Origin: Thalia democratica
Lineage: Eukaryota
Length of the DNA: 64,000 nucleotides
Reading direction: 5' to 3'
Assembly (NCBI GenBank): GCA_965202585.1
Contig: OZ241827.1
Span: 22,692,001 to 22,756,000 of the forward strand
Below are positions 1 to 13,767 of the stretch, in pieces. Every line of letters begins with the position of its first letter. The first letter of the stretch is position 1. Position numbers and translations under genes: made by a program. Below the pieces are notes generated by a model. It searched no databases. It worked only from the letters and a program-made list of their open reading frames with translations, and was not told the origin of the DNA.

Positions 1-2463
1 GAATATAGAATATTTTCCAATTAAAAATAGTTTTACAAAAAAAAACACAAACATTTTAAAGGGTAATGATAGTTAATAAAGCTAAATAAACTCAATCTTA
101 CTAATAAAAAAAAACTTTAAAAATTATATTTCAGAACAAAAAGTTTAGTTTATAAAATTTATTTTAAAAAGTTTAGCTACAAAAGAAAATATATGTAATA
201 AAAATATAAAAACAAATATTAAACTTCTAACTAAACAATAAAGCAAACTCATATTAGAGAAACCATTCATCAACTGGAACAACTTCTAAAATTTTATCAC
301 TTGTATGAAACCTACTAAATTAGTCACTTCGTTTAAAAAAAAGAACTAAATGCTTTTTTTATTGTAAGAAAAAACATTACAAATAAACCACAGACTCCTA
401 AAATTCTATTAAATTTCAAGTTCTAATTAAAGCTTTTATAATAACTCGTTTTTGGCTCATAAGTATACTTAAAACTATCATCAAGCTTTAACTTTTATTA
501 AACACCACACACAGTATGTTTTGTTCAACTGAACTCACAACAATTGTAACGGTTGTAAAAATGATTTGCAGTGGATGCCATAAAAGCTAGTAAACAAAAA
601 ACTGTTTGTTACGAAGCGCAGCTTGTCTGAAAACATCACCATTATTGCTGCGTCGTGCTCAAATTTTGTAATAAAACTTCAAAATCGGCCACAAATAAGC
701 TATCTGATGGCTAACAATTGCCTGTATACATCTACAAACAAGAAATAAAGTCTACTTGAGGAAATAGAACGAAAATTAAATTCAAGCCACTGCTTGTAGC
801 TGCTCAACTAAGTGCTTTGTTTTCAATGAACAGCAGTAAAAATGCAGATTAAGCTGAATTATCTTTTTACATATTTTTTCTCAATAACATTTTTGCTTAG
901 CTTTTTCTTTTTATCGGGTTGTTAACCAAGCGAAAAAAAAACTTATACCTTGTTTTGTTGAATATTTTTTTGTAAATCGGTTTAATTTATGATACCACAA
1001 CAACCTGTTGAAATATATTGTAGCAGTTATTTATACTGAATAGTAATTACAACTAAATGTAGATAAAACTAAAACATAAACATTTTTTTATAAGTTTTTT
1101 CACCTAAACTTTAAAAAATAAAAACAAAAACAGTTGCTAAAACTTATCTCAACTTTACTAGTATAAAAATGTAGGTTTAGCACGTAATATTATGTTAAAT
1201 AGTAGTTGTACTACATAAATTTACTTGCGCTATAGTTGTATGCAAATACTAGTTTCTTAGTAAAGTTTAATGTTTTCAAAAAAAAAAATCTAAACAATAA
1301 CAAAAAATTAAAAATGAAAATATGAAGTAAAGGTTCTAGTCAGTTTAAAAAAAATATTTTTTCATTCTTATCTTAATCATTAACAAACTCAATGTGCATT
1401 TTATGATTTTAAATGACTTATTACAAAAAATATATTATAAATTTACTTTGCAAGCTTTTCATTAAGTACATGGTTTATTTTTTATTGTTGCAACTTATTC
1501 GAGAAAATAGTTTAAATCATTCATAGCTTTTTTTCTTACTTTTTTCTTTAAGAAACCTTTTTATAATTTTCCTGTACACTTTATAAACTGTTTTTTTAAA
1601 TATACTGGTGTCAACATTTTTTTTCGTTTAGTTATAAAGACAAAATTTTACGAAACTAAGTATTTATTTTTGTCTTAAAAATCAAGTAAAATCTAAAAAA
1701 AACTTATTTAGTCTCACAAGTCTCACAAAATGTAAACTAAATAAGTTTTTTAATAAACCGAATACTAAACGAAAGTATTATATACTTTTTCATACAGCAT
1801 TGAAAAGTATATTTATAATATGTTTTTAAAAATATAAGTTTTTACACGTACAAAAAAAACTAACTATATAAAAACAACTATCGCAACAAGCACACTTTAA
1901 CATCTTACGATTTAACTTTTTTACCCAATTTGCGTACTTTACAAGTTTTAGTTTATATAATTTAAAATTTTTAAGTATAGAAATTTAAAGGTTAGTTTTA
2001 TATTAAACTTACTATTTTGAAAAAATATATTATTTTCAAAGAAAATATTTTTATTGTACATTTACCACATCAACTAAAGTTCTAAATATGTTTAGCCAAA
2101 AAATTATAGAAAACTGGTAACGATTTACATCACAACATGTTTTTCCTTGTCTTATTTTAAATATTTAAAAAACTAATGTAACCCAAGTAGCGAACAAACA
2201 CAATAACTTTATGTAGCAACATGCATGAACGCTTGTACTTACATATGGATTCAGGAGATGCTTACCAGAACACAGTTTACACATAAATGTTTTATGACAA
2301 TAAAAGGTCACAATAATTAAAATAACTTCGAAGTAGTTTAATTAGTTCTCGAAGTTCAAAAAAATGGTGAAATTTGTTTGTTTTGTACAAGCTTCTTGTA
2401 GCACTTAATATAGCAGTTAAAACTTTAGTTTAAGTCATTCACTGTTTTAAACTTTACACTTAC

Positions 2464-5099
2464 TTTCTGTATTACTCGTAACTGTTGTCTTGCACAAGTT
2501 GTCAATAGCCTGCTTCAAACCGGGGTTCATGATGTCCATCAGAGTCAGCTCCTCCAGATCATCCAGTTCAGACTGGTAGTTGTCCTCCGTTCTGATGTTT
2601 GCACTTTCCATCGGTGTGTTTGCTGCGCAGCTTTCGTCTGAACTTGAACTTTGCTGCGTTGGAATGTCGATCTTAATTGAGTCTGTGGGAGAATTTGTTG
2701 TTATATAACGGCAAGTTGAAGTTCTATTGTAAAGTAAAAAAAAAACAGTTTATCAAGCATGTAGAAAGTCGTAACAAATATTGGTGTCAAAATACCTTGT
2801 TTGAACTTTTGGCTTCATTCCTGTACTTTAGCAATAATAACAAAAGTATACAGAATAAAACTAGGAACATTTCAGATAGTAAGTAAAAAAAAATTTGAAT
2901 TGTGCCAATACTTTTTTGGCATTGTGTTGATAAAAAAGTTATTAGAATTAGTTTTTAGTTATTGTACAAACTATTAAACAAAAACCTGCAATGCTCAAAG
3001 CTCTTGATTCATTTGTTTTTCCGAACTTAAACGAAAATGTGTTTTCATCTGTTGTCGACCTATGAGTTTTTTTTAATAAATCAACACTATTTTTCAAGAT
3101 CATTTAGTTAAGAAAAGGCCTTTACCTGAAACTATTTCTTAGTTTTCTCTTTTCCATTGCAATTTCGCCCTTAGATTTTGTTCTAGGTTCACTCTCAAAC
3201 ATTTTATCTAGGTAATAAATATATTTTTTTTTATCAGACACTACTCTTATAATTAGCAAAGTTTTAAACAGCCATTACTGTCATCCAGCTATAACAATCA
3301 ATTAAAATCTACTGTCATACAAAGTTTTAAAGTTCACCTTTATTTTTATTCTCTGCTTCACTTTCTTCTTTTTTGCTAAGTCTGTAAAATAACACAAAGT
3401 AATGAAAATATATTTATTTAAAGTTATTTTCTAATCCATGAAAACCAGAAAACTAGCTTTTTTTACTAACTTGTTTGAACTTACACAATCAACAGACTGA
3501 CAGCTATAAAATCGAAACAAAAAACAACTTGAAAAAGGCTTACAAGTAATACCTGACCAAACTTTATTTCCGTATGCAAACAAAACTCAAGTATTTGAAG
3601 CGAGTAAACATTATCGTAAACCAGCCTCAAAAAAACCCGAACAAAACGCAACCTGCTATATATATATACTTTTTTTCGAACAGGATTGTTTAAACGATAA
3701 AAAACTCAAGCCTGTTTGTTAACTAGCCAAATATTGAAAGGAGCATAAGGCCATTCATTTACATAAGAGCAAACAAAAGATGAAAGTGGATTTTACATGA
3801 ATGTTGCTGTAATTTCCTTGGAAGAAATTGAGCACAAACCCTTGCGACCGGGGTTTTGCCGGATTTAGTTGCTTCGTTTCGCTCTGGTTATTTGGCTACA
3901 TTTAACTTTTTTTTACTCGAAAGAATTTTATTTTCCTGTGTGATTTAACCAAGCCCGTCAAATTACAGGTTTATTAAACCGATGGAATTTGTTCGCGGGT
4001 GACGTAATGCGAAAGTTTTGTATTGAATGTGTAGATGGTTATCAACTAAAGGTAAAAGGACCAAGTATCCAGATATAATAAAATACATGAAAATTTAATG
4101 AAAGTATACTGTTTGTTATACAGATGAGTTGTTCATTATGATTCAGAAAACTTCAAAAGCCACATATAAAATTTGTATAAAGTTCTATAAATTAAATACT
4201 TAAAGTCATAAAAAAATTAGAACCTCATTATTAACTTATTTTAACTTCAATAGCCTAAACATTCTATAACAGAAGTTTTATCAAATTTCATTATTACAAC
4301 AAACTTGAAATTTCTGCAACATATAAAGTAAAGGCCGTAAATAAACTTTACTCAGAAGGTACATACTAAAAAATTTCAAATAAAATTAAATCAAACGCTG
4401 TAAAAAAATTAAAAATTACAAACTTTTCCTGTTTAAATTCAATTTTATTCCCATCTGAAGCAGTATCGTTGTCTGATGAAACAGTTTTGTTTTTCGACGC
4501 AGAATTTTCTATTACACTTTTCTTTGGTCTGTTTATCTCATCCTTTGTTCTGAAATTAAGTGAAACTAGTTTCTATTTTTATCAAACATAAGCGGCTAGG
4601 CACTTATGTTACTTTTTTAAACAGAAATAAAAGTTCTTAACTTAAATTTAACGAATTGCTTTTTTCTTGAAGTATTTTTTGTTTTGCTAAAAGCCTCTTT
4701 CCTTAGTTGTGTTGTTTTAGACTTAAAAGTAAATTTTTGATCAAAACTAAACGCAACTTTTCGAAAACCTCATAGCTTTTTTCTCGCCACTTAAAATACT
4801 TTAAAACATAACTTGAGTTTGCAAGAAAAAAAATCTTTTAATCGTAAACAAAGGCAGTATTTACTTAGTAAATACCAAACCCAATGTAATGTGCAACCTT
4901 TAAGTTTTTAACATTTCACCTGAGAGAATGCTTTCCTTGCAGCGCTTTTGAGCCGTATGTTTTCTGAAACACGGGCTTAAGGGGGTTGAATCCCGTTGAT
5001 TCCTGGAACATGGTCAGGGCCCTCTGGAACCTGCGCTTGCACTTCTTCGCCACCTTGTTGTTCGACCCCGGCTTGAATATTTCATCTTCGTGCAAGCTC
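2464..5099 (-). CDS. Orphan multi-exon gene (partial), basic/Ser-Thr-rich low-complexity protein. Exons: 5099-4920, 4746-4642, 4549-4424, 3381-3338, 3207-3126, 3059-2986, 2820-2796, 2723-2464
   Basis: Eight GT-AG-bounded segments chain with compatible phases (2-2-2-2-1-2-1-2-1) into 896 nt with no stop: RSLHEDEIFKPGSNNKVAKKCKRRFQRALTMFQESTGFNPLKPVF...DNYQSELDDLEELTLMDIMNPGLKQAIDNLCK. Exons 4920-5099 and 2464-2723 are GC-rich islands with G/C-ending codons, and the last donor is GTAAGT. Start and stop are not fixed; a possible terminal exon begins near 2394 (KACTKQTNFTIFLNFEN*). No family recognised. Confidence 0.75.
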
Positions 5100-5419
5100 C
5101 TGCAAGAAAATGCTCAGCTGGTATCTTAACTTGTACCAACAATTTTTTATAAGTAGTGTTTGCAACACTTTGCGCAAAATATTTATATATATAGTTTAGT
5201 TTTACTATTCTAATTAAGATCATTACTATTGGTCATATTATTTTTGTATTAGTTGTATTTTTTATTTACTTTATAATAGTTTGTGTTTGCAAGTACTGTT
5301 AAGTCTTAGAGCATTGAGAAAAAATAGTAATCAACTAGTAAAACTTCTCTGAAAGAAAATTTATATATGTTTAGTTTCGTTTAAAAGTATACTTAGTTTT
5401 TTGAACTTATGTTACAAAC

Positions 5420-8400
5420 CTTCTTTGCTTTACTTCTTTTTCTCCATTTGTCATAATTTCTTGCCTCGAAAACGTTAACGTAAAAAATTTTTTATATGGT
5501 TGTTAACATCTTTAGTTCTAGTTTTAATTTTTTTTCTAAAAATAAAGTTAAGCTAATTAAGTTTACCTGACTTTTCAATTGATTTATAACACATTTTTTC
5601 ATTTTGTATAATTAAAATAAGTTTGCTTAAAAATGTTTTAGTTGTTTTTTTCTAAAAATTATTCTCAAATAAACACAGTATCTTGAAGTACTTACAATTA
5701 AATAAACTTCTAGTCGATCAAAGCTTTACAACGACGAATAAAACTATAAATAATTAATTTCTTGTCATACAAGTAAATCAAACTAGCTTACAACTACCCA
5801 AAAAACATGAACATGCTTGGTAGCTATAAAAAAAAGTGCGTACAAGCAATTAAGTATATAAACTTTAAACTAATAAAAAACAAAGCAACTGATCCACAAA
5901 AACCTGCTTAATAACAAAAAGTGTTCAGAGAGATACACTGTTGTATAGATAAGACAGTAGCAAGTTTCACAAAGTATTAAACAGTTAGCCGAACTAATTT
6001 ATCGTTCAGCTATGGGACTAAAGCGCTGTATGACGCAATCAATTTGCTGCTACTTGGTTCAAACTACCTTGCATGTTTTCACTTAAAAGTAATGTAATTC
6101 TATTTTTCTTTAACTTAAATAAACACTTACGAAAATTAAGCCCTAGTTTTTTCTTACTCAAACTTTTAGAACGTGAACTTAAATAAATGTGTGACAAAAG
6201 TTTGTCTTATAAGGCTAACTTAGCTAAAAACTAGTTTGTAGACAACGCAAATAATTATTTATATTTTAGAGTTTAAATTTTTCAACTTTTTATTTACTTA
6301 TTGAAATTGATTAGTTTTCAAATACTAAATACCTTAAATGTTAGATATTGGTGGTAGAAAAAACAAATAAGAATTTTAGAAAATAAGGATGGACAAAACT
6401 TAGAATTGAGAATTTATCTTTTTTAGGTAAATTTAGAAATACAAAATACTCTTAATATATTGTTGATTAAAAAATCAAAGTAAAATAGAAAAATTGTTTA
6501 TCTCACAACTAATTAATTAAAAAGTTTATTACTGTCAATTTCTTAACCATAAGCTTTGCAAAGCAACAGTCGATCATTAAAAAAAATAAAAAGTTCTAAT
6601 AATAAATATTGTCCAAATTTTTAGATAAAGCATAAAAAGACTTTTTTAAATACTTTTCTAAATTTCATATTTGTTTAATTTTCACTCTTTTTCACTAAAT
6701 TACTAATAACTTTATTGCTAATAATTTTAAAAAATAAAAAAGGTGCATCCATTTTTTTATTGTAGAACCTGATGACAATATTTATTTTCAACGACCATGC
6801 ATTTTTTTTCGTTTTGGTTTTCTAGATTCTAAGATCTAATTTTAAAAGATTCTTTAATCCTTTTGAAACGTAAATTCACTTTTCTTCATCACGTGAATTT
6901 AGTTTTATGTAAGTTAAACATAGATATTTAAAAACACTTTAAATCAAAACAAAAAATTTTAAATATTTTCTTCTATTCGTTTTTTTAATATTTTGAACTT
7001 TTTTCATACTTTTTGTTACAGTTAAAAAAAATATATTAAAACCTTGTGTCTAAGAACTGATATAATGAACATACAAATAAAAAAATAGTAATTACTGTAA
7101 AACAGTCTGCACCAAAAAAATTTAATGAAACTTGTAAAAAGCTTAACGACTTAAGTTTTGAACAAGTATTAGGCAATCAAATACCGGTTAGTTTAGTCAT
7201 TTCGATATACTTTCTTATTTTTATTTTGATACTCCCACACACACGTGCTTTTTTGGCATAAAGGTAAATTTTTTGAAATAATTAGGTTTTTTTTAACTGA
7301 CAAAATACTAAATTGATTTCTTTTATTCTTGTTGTCTTTCATAGAAAAAAACTATCAAAAAAAGAAAAAATAAATAAAACATTTTAAAATGATACAGACT
7401 TAAAAAAAAAAATAAAATAAGGTATATCATTTTTAAATTGTTATTTTATATCGAATTTATATTAACTCTTAACTTTTATTTTCACTTAACTAAAAAATTA
7501 AAAAAATATATACACAGAAACTTATAATCTTTTCTACGTAACTTACTACTAATTTTAATTATGTTTGCTTTAAAGTTTTTAGAATATTTAAAGTTTTATA
7601 CACAGTTGCTTAATTTAAACCATGCTGTTTTAGGCTTTTGTAAATTTTAGCTTCTCTAGAAAATTAAAAGAAACTCTTTGAGTATTTTTGTTCGTTTTCA
7701 TTTTTAAAATAACAAAAATAATTTTAAATTTGGTTTAACAGTACTATAAAAAACTTTTTATGTGAACTTTAAAACTAACAAATTATAGAATGATATAAAA
7801 ATAAACATAAAATAAAACTTGTCAGGTTTTTATACTCCTTTGAAAAAATAATAAACTAAAAAGGTATTCTTAAGCAGAAAAGTGTTAATACTATTATAGT
7901 AAGTACGTTATAATAACTTTCATACAGATAACAACTACCACTTACATTTAGTAAATGTTTTATATTTAATTAAGGAAAGCACCTTTGTTTTAAACCATAA
8001 TAGTAACTATTGAAAAAAACAGCTTTATGAATTTATGTGCTTGGTATACTTAAAAAAATATTAAAAAAGCTTAGCTTTTATTGGATAAATGTAATCAGGA
8101 AGTGTATAAATAGCACAGAAAGTTTTTCTTTTTTTTCTTTTGACAAACTAGCCTCGAAACTATAATGGTTATTGTATGTTATAAATATTGATTAAACATT
8201 AGTCTTGAATACTTTTGTATTGACTAAAAGTCAGTATAATGTTTTTTTAACAAATTTATTGATTTAAGTATTTTTTTATAAAACAATGTTTTTCTCAAGT
8301 CTCAACTAATTAGATTAATGACGTTCTCAGCTATAACATTTATCTGAACATCAAAATAAACATTTATGGTGACACTAAGACTTGGTTTGTATTCAAAAAC

Positions 8401-11400
8401 AATATTAAAATATATAACAAAATAACTAATGAAATCATTAGGCTACTATGAACGAAACTATTAAAGAAGTGTGTTAATAAGTTATATCAAATATATGTAA
8501 AGGTTTTTAATATACGCTAATGAAATATTTTATAAACTGAATAAGTTTGTAAATGTTAACTTTGTATTTAAAGAAACGTTACAAAACTTATATAAAATTG
8601 TGGCAAATTTTGAGTTTAAATTTTGCAATAAATAATACTCCAAAATAAATTCGTTACTAAGTTATTGAATAAAATTCATTGATCATACATAAATTTATCA
8701 AGACTTTAATAACGTTTTATTTATACATAATCTTTTTATATATAACTTTTAAATAAGCATAATGATTCTTATTTTATGTAGCACTAAAAAGATTGATACA
8801 AGTTATTCACAATTTACAACTATATTTATTCCTAAAGTAATCCTAAGCTTTACTAGTCTTTACCAGTTTGTATTATATTTTCACAATATAAGTTAATGAT
8901 GTTTTCAAACACGAAGTAAAAGTTCAATTTTTAATCCAAAAGTTTGTATTAGTGTTTTCTTTATTTTAATCTTCAAAAACTATTTAGAAAATTTTTTTTA
9001 GAGCTTCTTCCAAAGCAGATTTAAGTGTGACACCAGTGGTTTTCATTAACATAGTTTTTGTTCATTTTAAAACATAAATTGTTTAATGTAAATTCAAGAT
9101 GATATTCTATAAACATTTTTTTTTGTTATAAAGTCAGAATCCAAATTTAACTTAGAGATTAAAAACTGTTTGTTAGTAGTGTTCATTTTATTCTTATCTT
9201 ATTTAAGTTTGTTCAATAAGTCAAATTTACAGTATTATTTATAAGAAATTTAGTCCTTTTAATAGTTTTTATCAGATTTTTCTAAAACTTTTTTCTAAAA
9301 CAAGTTTTTGTAAACTTAAGTAAACGCTTTCATTAAAAACTGAACTAACGTTTATAAACTTATTCAGTTTATAAAATGTTTCATTAGTGTTTATCTACAA
9401 GTTTTACTTACCTTTGACACAAACTGCTGAAGTAATTTCAATAGTAACAAATTTAACAGGATTCTTTCTTTATTACACGAACAAACAGATAACTAATAAA
9501 GAAAAATACTGTTAAAATTATTATTATCATATATTCCAGTTAACTTGTTTTACTCGGATCTTTGTTAACAAACGCTTGAATTTGTATCTTTGAATAGTTA
9601 AAAAATTATTCATATATGCCTTAAGCTTTTTTTTAGTTTTTATTTAAATGTAGTATTTAAACTCAAGCTTAGCCTTAATGTCTCAAAATTGTTTATTTTG
9701 ATTTCCAAACTTTTTTCTAACCAATGATCTCATCACTATTATTAATTGACCTGGACAAGAATTTAAAAGGTATCCGTGGTGTGCGACTCGATAACCAAAA
9801 GGTTCTTCGTGCACCAAGTCCAAAGACCAAATACTTTGAGCGCTTTTTTTGTCGTTCGACAATTGTAATTGAGTCGAACATTGTTTGATAAATAATTCGA
9901 AAATCAATAAACTTGTATTTTTCTAAATGAATGCAAACTCAGAACTTTGGTTTTTAATCTAGAAATAAACTAAAAATATGTAATGTTGTTTTTTAATACA
10001 AACTTTTTTTTTTAATTCTATACTGAAAGTTAGTTTTTGACTGCGAAACAAAAAGATTTCAATAAGGAACTTTTTTTTCATTTTAAGCCTTGTTTATTCT
10101 GACACTAAATGTAATGAAAATTGTGTATCTTTTTTTAAGTTATTTGAATGTTGCTTTGAATTTTTAAACTTAGTCGATATATTTCTTAAGTATTTCATAC
10201 TTTGAAAACTTAAAACGTATATAAAATGTTTTTTATAATGTGATGAAACAGCTGTTCACAACATACACTCTCTATTGTGTTGATAGTTTTTTTTTGTATT
10301 TTTACAAAATAAAAGAAAATTATCTTCCGGATTTTTTTTTTAATCAAGACCCAATCGGATCTTTGCATAAAAACATTAAAAAGGCAATATATAACCGGAT
10401 CAAGTTCCTTCAAGTCAATTGAGTTTTGTTAGTTAAACATTTTCATCAACATATTAAAGCTTCAGAAGCTTAAAAACTGTTATTATTTTCAATTGAACAT
10501 AAAATTTTATGTCAGGGTTGCGAAAGGTTTTTAGTAAAATTCTTTCAGGTTTTTTAAAATAAATGTTTTGGTCTATTTTTAGTATAAAATTAAACTTATG
10601 GTAAAAATTACTGTCTTTAATAGTATAAAAACATCGAAGAAATATGTGTTTTTTAATGAAGAATGTTTTAATGATACAAAAAAAAAATCTTTATGATAGA
10701 TATTCAGGTCTAATCAAAATTTCGTTACTTTACATGTCGAAATGGTTTAAAATTCAAGGTTTTTCAAAAAATTTCAAAGTTTTCCAGAATTTTTGCAACT
10801 CTGTTATATGACAAAATCCACTAAATCTCCAAATGGAATATATTTGGTAGACAACTAAACGTAGAATAAACAACCTCTTACAAACACATTCTAATTATAT
10901 AGTAAAGAAAAATAGGTTTTTTTTACAACTGATTCTAATAATAGATAAAACTATTTTGAATAAAAGAGTACACTCACATAAGAATACTTTTTTATTGACT
11001 AAAAACTACGCGAGTAAAAATTATTGTGAAAATAAACTTTTTAAAAGTTAACTTTTTAAAACTTACAGATATAAAAAGTAGCTTGAGAACATTTAGGCAG
11101 AAAAAAACTTAACTTCCTAAATTAAAAATCTGTTATACAACATTCCGAATTGGTCAGATAATTTTGTAGTACAACATTTTCTATTTTTATATTTAGTTAG
11201 TTTTCCTTTAATAATTTACTATCTTTGTCAGTTTTCCCATCTTATCGAAATAAAAGTGAGTTGTTTTTTCTACAAATTTATATAATAACATTTTTTCTCC
11301 GTTTAGTGTCCTGGATAGTATGTTAAATTGCATCCGTAGACTATGACTCTTAAAACCGAAAAAAAAATTCATATGCCAGGTCATAAGACCTAAATTTTGT

Positions 11401-12394
11401 TATTCTATAAATAATACTTTAATGATAAAATCTATTTTAAGTAAGAACTTGGGTTTACAGACATTGAAGATTAATGTAGAAAATTTATTTTATGCAACAA
11501 CTTAAAAATAATTTAAAACTTATTACTCAAAAGTTCCTTATTAAGTCAACATAAAAACTTATGGTTACTGAAATTAGGTTTTTTTATAATATAGATAGTG
11601 CTTCACACTTTTTAAAAAAGTAATACTATTAACTATTTTGCTTATAAACTTCAAAAACCTAAAATTAATCTTGTTGTTGTCGAGGTAAACATCACTCACT
11701 TTATGTGTTTTTGTAGCTTTTTTTTTAATTAAGTCTTTCAATGATTGATAATAAATCTACTTTCGAGTACAATTTTAGAGACTTTGGTCAACATTGTCTC
11801 GCATTGTTTAAAAGCAATTGAATTAATTGAAAGATACAAATCTTTTAAACTAAAAACTAGGAGATTAAGCACTGCTAGAGTTATATTACTGGCTTTTAAC
11901 CTGGACAATTTTACAACATACAAATTACAATTACACAGGTTATAAAAGTTGTAACTTTTAACATTACGTTATCTGATAAAATATACTTTACTAGTTACAA
12001 ATATTAACATATCATACACTTCATTACTTTTCAAACACACTTATTACTTATATACGCCATCTAAATACATCAGCATTTTTTTTTTCATAAAAGAGCAATT
12101 GATACTTGATACTAACCAACTATAAAACAATATGTAGTTTAAACAATTGCTTGTACAAAATGTACCATTTTAAGTACTAAAGTTTAAACATTTTTTAGTA
12201 ATAAAACAATTACACTTGCATTTAAAAACTCGATCCTTATATCTTTTCTGTACAGCTGATATTTGCTACTACTTATTTCAATGACAAGTACATTACTTAA
12301 GAAATACATAATTTTATATTACAGATGTTTTTGTGTCAAAACTTTATTCCGACTAACGGCGTTTCACTGCTCTCAAATAGATTCAAGAACAGAT
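5420..12394 (-). other. Candidate additional minus-strand exons (5464-5420, 9922-9751, 11849-11761, 12394-12343), belonging to the orphan gene or linking it to the Tudor gene
   Basis: Each has an AG acceptor, a GT donor and an open frame; 9751-9922 is clearly more GC/CpG-rich than its flanks. Connectivity is ambiguous. Confidence 0.35.
10513..10803. mobile_element. Non-autonomous DNA transposon (MITE), CAGGGTTGC TIR family
   Basis: TIRs CAGGGTTGCG / TGCAACTCTG; flanks TTATGT / TTATAT (5 of 6 match); interior similar to the copy at 43821-44165. Confidence 0.7.
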
Positions 12395-12632
12395 CTACGG
12401 AGTTTCAAAAAAACTCTAAGAATAATAACTTATAATTTTATATTATGTATTATAATAAATAAAAACAACTAGTTCAATTTTATTCATATAGTTTATTTTA
12501 GAATGAAATCAGACTTGAAAATTGTAATGAATAAAACCTGACCATAATATTTTTTATTACTAATTTAATATTAATCTTAATGTGCTTGACTTGAATTTTT
12601 TTTATTGTGCTTTTAAATTACTTTTTTAATGA

Positions 12633-13720
12633 TTTTTGAGACAAACTAGAATTCAAACGAAAACAAAAACACTTGCATAAAAAAGAGGTAAAATAATATT
12701 TAAAAACGTACTGGTAAAAACAAATCACTTATCTAAAAGTAATAATTTAAACAAACTAAACAGATGTGCTTTTGTCAATTTGTTACTTATATTTATCTTG
12801 CCTTCATAGAAAAGAAACAAAGAAATTTTGAGGATAACGAAAATAAAACACTTGACTAACTAATATTGCGGAGATTGATTCGCAGAAATAATAACTGTAA
12901 AAAATATTCTAGATTTAAAATTATGATGTTATTTGTGAAATAACACTCCAAAACTGCTAGACATTAAATTGACTAATTTTTGATAAATTAACTTAAAATA
13001 TTACAATTATCTTATTCCGATAAATTAAATTATAAAGTTTTAATTACTCAAGTTATAACATAGTTATGATAAATAAGTCTCTGTATTTAAAACAGTTTGC
13101 TGCAATTTACTCAATTTACTAGACCAACTCTTTTTCCATATTATTCATACTTGTAATAAGAGTTGTATTTTCTATTAACTTTAGTAGAACAAAAATGTTT
13201 AAACAAAAATCAAAACTAACCGAAAAAAATTACAGTTTGTTGCCACTCTAACTATCTAGTGACCCCACTGTCATCTGAAATTAAATTGTTTTTTTTTTAA
13301 CAGAAGCTTAGCTATCACTCTAAAATAAGAAAAACTAATGCATTAATTTAAAGTGTATAATTAAAAAAAAAGATTTTTTCGGTACTTCTCATATTACAAC
13401 CACTAAAAATTCTGCTACTACAAATAGTAACGTTATTTTGCTTACTTGACAAACAAAATTTAGACCATAAACACTTTAAGCTTAATTATTTTCATTATAA
13501 CAAAGAAAACTTTCAATTTCTTGTTTTTTTTTTTTGCTATCATTGTCGATTTAACTAATTTTTGAGACAAACTAGAATTTAAATAAAAATCACTTGCATA
13601 AAAAAAGAGGTAAAGCAATATTTTTCAAAAGTTCTGGTAAAAACCAATTACTTATCTAAGGTAATAGTTGAAAACTAAACAGATTTTGTCAATTTAACAC
13701 TTATGTTTGTCGTGCATTCA
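12633..13720. repeat. Diverged direct repeat pair, about 165-175 bp (about 12633-12808 and 13559-13720)
   Basis: Both copies share TTTTGAGACAAACTAGAATT, CACTTGCATAAAAAAGAGGTAAA, CTGGTAAAAAC, ACTTATCTAA, AACTAAACAGAT and TTTTGTCAATTT in the same order. Confidence 0.85.
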
Positions 13721-13767
13721 GCTCAGAACTAACTAAGTAGAACAACCTGCTAGGTAAATTAATAAAT

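Noticed and set aside
3500-4020. CpG-richer patch inside the orphan gene intron as extra exons or a promoter
   Set aside because: Short open frames exist, but none fits the flanking phase-2/phase-2 junction with convincing splice sites; left uncalled.
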